This document shows positions 60,068 to 64,000 of a stretch of DNA of 64,000 nt, piece by piece. The first letter of the stretch is position 1, and every line of letters begins with the position of its first letter. This stretch comes from an uncultured Gemmatimonadaceae bacterium (GTDB lineage: Bacteria; Gemmatimonadota; Gemmatimonadetes; Gemmatimonadales; GWC2-71-9): positions 5,993 to 69,992 of the forward strand of contig CAYGBV010000013.1 of the NCBI GenBank assembly GCA_964348295.1, given 5' to 3'. The notes under the pieces were generated by a model. It was not told where the DNA came from. It did no database searches and saw only the letters and a program-made list of their open reading frames with translations. The position numbers and the translations under genes are program-made.

Positions 60068-60163
60068 TCGCAGCGTGCTTGGTGGGCTTCAAGATACTCC
60101 GGCGCCACCCATCGCACCAAAAGGCCGTGGTCGGTTGCGTGATCGCCCCGTCGGTGTCAACCT

Positions 60164-61606
60164 ATGCGTCCCATGCGCAAACGTACCCGCTGGCTCATCG
60201 CCCTCGGCACCGTGCTGTTCCACGTGCTCGGGTTCTTCTCTTCGATCCACGCGGTGATGAGCACCCGCACCTCGCAGGGTGCCATCGCCTGGGCCGTAAC
60301 GCTCAACACGATTCCCTGGGTCGCGGTGCCAGCCTACTGGGTGTTCGGCCGCAGCAAGTTCCGCGGCTACGTCACCGCCCGGCAGGAGGGGGACGCCGAG
60401 ATCCAGCACGTGGTGCGCGCGGCCGCCACCGCCGAAGCCCCATTCTTCTCCACCCTGGGCGACGAGTACACCGCGGTGCGGGCCGCCGAGCTGCTCGCCA
60501 AGATCCCGGTGCTGACCGACAACAGCGCCGAACTGCTGGTGGACGGTGACGCGACCTTCGCCAGCATCTTCGAGGGGATCGAGCAGGCCGAGGATTACAT
60601 CCTCGTCCAGTTCTACATCCTGCGGGACGACGAGCTGGGGCGCGAGCTCCAGCAGCGTTTGATCGCCAGGGCCCGGGAGGGCGTGCGCGTCTACTTCCTG
60701 TATGACGAGGTCGGGAGCCACGGCCTGTCGCGCCGCTACCGCAGGGAACTGGAGGACGCCGGCGGACAGATTCGCGACTTCCACAGCCGCAAGGGGCCGT
60801 GGAACCGCTTCCAGCTCAACTTCCGCAACCACCGCAAGATCGTTGTGGTGGACGGCCGGGCGGCGTGGCTCGGCGGGCACAACGTGGGCGTCGAGTACCT
60901 GGGGCAGGACCCCGACTTCGGCCCGTGGCGCGACACGCACATCAAGCTGGTGGGGCCGGCCGTGCAGCCGGTGCAGCTCTCGTTCTTCGAGGACTGGCAC
61001 TGGGCCACCGACCAGGTGCCGCAGCTCGAGTGGACGCCCACGCCGGCCGGGGGCGGCACGGCGCACGTGCTCGTCGTGCCCACCGGACCCGCCGACACGC
61101 TGGAGACCGCAGGGCTGATGTTCACCCACGCAATCCACTCGGCAGAGGAGCGGATCTGGATCGCCAGTCCCTACTTCGTGCCCGACGAGGCGGTGATGGC
61201 CGCGCTCCAGCTGGCCGGTCTCAGGGGGGTGGACGTGCGGATCCTGATCCCCGACAACCCCGACCACCTCATGGTCCACCTCGCCGCCTTCACCTACTTC
61301 CGGGAGGCGTCACACACCGGGGTTAAGATCTACCGCTACGAGGAAGGCTTCATGCACCAGAAGGCGATGCTGGTGGACGGCGCGACGTCTGCGATCGGCA
61401 CCGCCAACCTCGACAACCGCTCCTTCCGCCTCAACTTCGAGATCACGGCCTTCGTACTGGACAGCGCCTTCGCCGGCGGGGTGGAGCAGATGTTCCTGGC
61501 GGACTTCGCCCGGTCACACGTGATGGTACCGAGCGACTACAACGACCGCTCTTTCTGGTTCAAGCTGGCGGCGCGCCTGTCACGCCTGGCGGCGCCGATT
61601 CTGTAG
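60164..61606 (+). CDS. cls: Cardiolipin synthase
   Basis: Two HKD motifs (NHRKIVVVD, MHQKAMLVD), WRDTH, GTANLDNRSF. Confidence 0.93.
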   Translation: MRPMRKRTRWLIALGTVLFHVLGFFSSIHAVMSTRTSQGAIAWAVTLNTIPWVAVPAYWVFGRSKFRGYVTARQEGDAEIQHVVRAAATAEAPFFSTLGDEYTAVRAAELLAKIPVLTDNSAELLVDGDATFASIFEGIEQAEDYILVQFYILRDDELGRELQQRLIARAREGVRVYFLYDEVGSHGLSRRYRRELEDAGGQIRDFHSRKGPWNRFQLNFRNHRKIVVVDGRAAWLGGHNVGVEYLGQDPDFGPWRDTHIKLVGPAVQPVQLSFFEDWHWATDQVPQLEWTPTPAGGGTAHVLVVPTGPADTLETAGLMFTHAIHSAEERIWIASPYFVPDEAVMAALQLAGLRGVDVRILIPDNPDHLMVHLAAFTYFREASHTGVKIYRYEEGFMHQKAMLVDGATSAIGTANLDNRSFRLNFEITAFVLDSAFAGGVEQMFLADFARSHVMVPSDYNDRSFWFKLAARLSRLAAPIL

Positions 61607-61608
61607 CG

Positions 61609-62031
61609 TCAGCTCACGTCCCGGAACGGATTCACCACCTCGAGCCCGTCGATGCGCCACCCGTCCTGCAGGTCCTCGGTGTAGAGCACGGCACAGCCGC
61701 CGGCACGCGCCGCGCGGACCACCAGGGCATCCCAGAACCCGATCGCGTGCAGCCGGTGCAGGTCGATCGCGGCGAGGATGTCCCGCAGATCGACGATGAC
61801 CAAGTCCAGCCGGCCGAACAGCTCGACCTTGCGACGCGCAATCTCCGGCGGGACGCCGAGCTTGCGCGTGGCGGCCACGAAGTACTCCTGCAGCACCTGC
61901 GTAGAGAGCACTCCCCCGCCTGAGAGGCGCGACCGCTCGAGCAGCTCGAGCGCTCGCTCCTGCTTCGCCGGCGCGTCGTGGTCGTCGGTATAGACCAGGA
62001 CGTTGGTGTCGAAGAAGCTACGGACGCTCAT
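61609..62031 (-). CDS. PIN-domain (VapC-like) toxin
   Basis: FFDTNVLVY, STQVLQEY, FWDALVV, LYTEDLQDG; start ATG 62031. Confidence 0.9.
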   Translation of the reverse strand: MSVRSFFDTNVLVYTDDHDAPAKQERALELLERSRLSGGGVLSTQVLQEYFVAATRKLGVPPEIARRKVELFGRLDLVIVDLRDILAAIDLHRLHAIGFWDALVVRAARAGGCAVLYTEDLQDGWRIDGLEVVNPFRDVS

Positions 62032-62245
62032 GCAGCTCGTCCCGGTCGAGGCGCCGGCCGCGGGAGCGGCCACCGCCCTCTCTCGAGAGACGGCGCAGCT
62101 CGTCCACCTCCTGCGCACGGCGATCGCGCCCCGTGAGCTGCTCCAGGTACTCGCGCACCAGCTGGTTCAGGCTCTTGCCCATGGCGCGCGCAGCCTGGCG
62201 GGCGTCCCTCAACAGGTCGTCATCGATGGCAAGGGTGATGTTCAC
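62018..62245 (-). CDS. Ribbon-helix-helix antitoxin (VapB-like)
   Basis: NITLAIDDDLL..AR..A...GKSLNQLVREYL; overlaps PIN gene start. Confidence 0.85.
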   Translation of the reverse strand: MNITLAIDDDLLRDARQAARAMGKSLNQLVREYLEQLTGRDRRAQEVDELRRLSREGGGRSRGRRLDRDELHERP

Positions 62246-62263
62246 GAGGTCCTCACGGAATCC

Positions 62264-62300
62264 GTGTACACATAATACGTGTCAGGAGCCGTAAGGTCAA
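62264..62300 (-). promoter_or_regulatory. vapBC promoter with palindromic operator
   Basis: Minus strand TTGACC, 17 nt, TATTAT; GTGTACAC palindrome at 62264-62271. Confidence 0.65.
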
Positions 62301-62341
62301 CGGTCACAACGAGCTAGGCTGCTGCTGGTAGGACGGCGGAG

Positions 62342-64000
62342 CTAATCCACCACCACCGGCTGGCTCGTGCGCGGCCCCTTCTTCACGGCCCGGTCCTCTG
62401 CGGGCAGCTCGAGGTTGGTGATCTCGCCGGTCACCTCGTAGTCGTACTCCGGGTACTCGTACAGCGGCATGCGGGGCTCGGTCTGTCCAATCGAGTAGCC
62501 GTACACGCCCTCGTACTCCGGGACCTTCTCGCCCATCGCGTTCAGCTGCCCCAGGTACTCCCCGATGGATTTCGACTCGACCACGATCACCTTGCCCATC
62601 CGGTCGATGATGGGGCTGTGTGCCCGGGTCCGGTCGTGATCGAACTCCAGCACGCGGCGGCCGTAGCGGGTGATGCCGATGACCCGGAATGTCAGGCTCT
62701 TGCCCACCGCGGGGAGGTTGAGCACGCTGCGGTCGGTGGCGAGGAACGGCACGCAGCACTTGCCCCGTAAGTCGCTGACGTCGTGCACCATGGACTCGGC
62801 CCGCTCCGGCAGCTGGCGAATCACTTCGTGGTACCGCTCGGGAATCCGGCCGATGACCTTCTCTTCCATCTCCTCCTGCACCACGCGGGCCACCGGCGCG
62901 AAGTTGGACTGCGCCTCGCGGTAGCCCTTGACCACGAAAGTGTAATACGGCAGCACGCCGATCTCGTTCAGGACCTCCCGCAGCTTCGCGGTGTGGCCCC
63001 GCCGCGACGCGGCGGCGGTGAACACGAGCTGGTTGTTGACGATCCATCCGGCCGAGAGCAGCCGCGCGATCGCCTCGCGCGCCTCGGGGGTCACCTCCAT
63101 GGGCGACTCGATGTGGGTCTGGATCACGAACTGCCGCACGCCCACCTCGGAGGCCTTCTCCTTGAAGCGGCGCAGGATCACCGCCAGCTCCGGCGTGATA
63201 CGCTGCGGCAGGTAGGCCGGCAGGCGGGTTCCCAGCCGGACCCGCACCATCTCGGCGTACTTCTCCCCCGCCTTGCGCTTCGCGTTGGCCTTGCGCTTGG
63301 CGTTGGCCATCTCATAGATCGCGTCGAGGATGCGCTCCAGGTGCTTGTCGGTGCTCATCAGCGCATCTCCGCCCGTGACCAAGATGTCCCTGAGCTGAGA
63401 GTCTTCCTCGAAGTACTTCATCAGCTCGTCGAGCTTCTTGGGCCAGCTGGTCTTGGGCGCGAGCTCGTCGAGATCGAAGTCGAGCTGCCCCTGCTGGAAC
63501 CCGTACATCCGCTGGCACGAGGCGCACAGCCCGCCGCAGGCGCGTCCGGTGGTGTCCGGGATCAGGATTGCCACGTCGGGGTAGCGCCGATGCACGTTGT
63601 CGTATGGTGGGAGCAGCCACCCGGCGGCGTTGGGCTTGCCGGGCTCGACCTCGTCCTCCTTCTCCCACGCACGGATGTGGCCGAACTCCTCCACCAGCTG
63701 GCTGCTGTAGACCACGTAGTGCCGGATCGCCAGGTCCGCGCCGATCGCGAAGTACGGCACCCGCACGTGCAGCAGGGACATGTAGTACGGATTCACGAAG
63801 AAGGGGATGCCGGCGTCGCGCGCCCTGTAGAGCACCTTCATGGTGTCGGGATCGAGCGAGTTCCCCAGCATCTCGTTCAACAACTCGGGCGAGCGCACCG
63901 CGAAGCGCAGGTGGAACTGCGTGTCGTCCCACCACTCCAGCGCGCGGTGGAACTTGTCGTCGCGCGACATGCCGTCCTCGAACTTGAACCTCTGGCTCGC
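62342..64000 (-). CDS. KamA-family radical SAM aminomutase-like protein, long form (5' end outside window)
   Basis: RRYPDVAILIP, CGGLCASC (CxxxCxxC), DILVTGGDAL, VRLGTR, NQLV, PAVGKS; frame open to window edge. Confidence 0.85.
   Translation of the reverse strand, partial: ASQRFKFEDGMSRDDKFHRALEWWDDTQFHLRFAVRSPELLNEMLGNSLDPDTMKVLYRARDAGIPFFVNPYYMSLLHVRVPYFAIGADLAIRHYVVYSSQLVEEFGHIRAWEKEDEVEPGKPNAAGWLLPPYDNVHRRYPDVAILIPDTTGRACGGLCASCQRMYGFQQGQLDFDLDELAPKTSWPKKLDELMKYFEEDSQLRDILVTGGDALMSTDKHLERILDAIYEMANAKRKANAKRKAGEKYAEMVRVRLGTRLPAYLPQRITPELAVILRRFKEKASEVGVRQFVIQTHIESPMEVTPEAREAIARLLSAGWIVNNQLVFTAAASRRGHTAKLREVLNEIGVLPYYTFVVKGYREAQSNFAPVARVVQEEMEEKVIGRIPERYHEVIRQLPERAESMVHDVSDLRGKCCVPFLATDRSVLNLPAVGKSLTFRVIGITRYGRRVLEFDHDRTRAHSPIIDRMGKVIVVESKSIGEYLGQLNAMGEKVPEYEGVYGYSIGQTEPRMPLYEYPEYDYEVTGEITNLELPAEDRAVKKGPRTSQPVVVD

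Noticed and set aside
1-64000. CRISPR arrays, rRNA, tRNA, integrases, transposases
   Set aside because: No regularly spaced repeats or recognisable motifs found by eye; an Infernal/HMM scan would be needed to exclude them fully

Overview
GC-rich (~70% by eye) bacterial chromosomal window. Gene content and style (BON-valS, Ig-like lipoprotein, DUF2723, several membrane Hanks kinases with TPR ectodomains, TonB receptor) suggest Gemmatimonadota or a related FCB lineage; this is inference only. 1-17 kb is mostly housekeeping: thiolase-bioY-CPBP-hbd-ACAD operon, thrS with an unannotated 53-aa upstream ORF, valS, selA, purN-purH, DUF2723. 17-33 kb holds an enolase-superfamily dehydratase, an M20 peptidase and a kinase / SARP-STAND / kinase / TonB-receptor cluster. 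glnS, an RND system whose TolC is fused to a periplasmic-binding domain, and a small beta-barrel follow. The standout is 42.3-47.2 kb: an apparently intact archaeal-type GatE-GatD Glu-tRNA(Gln) amidotransferase translationally coupled to a glutamine synthetase-family gene, about 9 kb from a full glnS that should make it redundant. 47-64 kb looks accessory: pirin, arylsulfatase, HdeD, HAD hydrolase, an unusual beta-barrel/PLD fusion, higBA, a cytochrome b-Rieske-multiheme/TPR module, cls, vapBC and a partial long-form KamA-family radical SAM gene. I recognised no rRNA, tRNA, CRISPR array, integrase or transposase. All calls come from motif recognition by eye, with no database searches.
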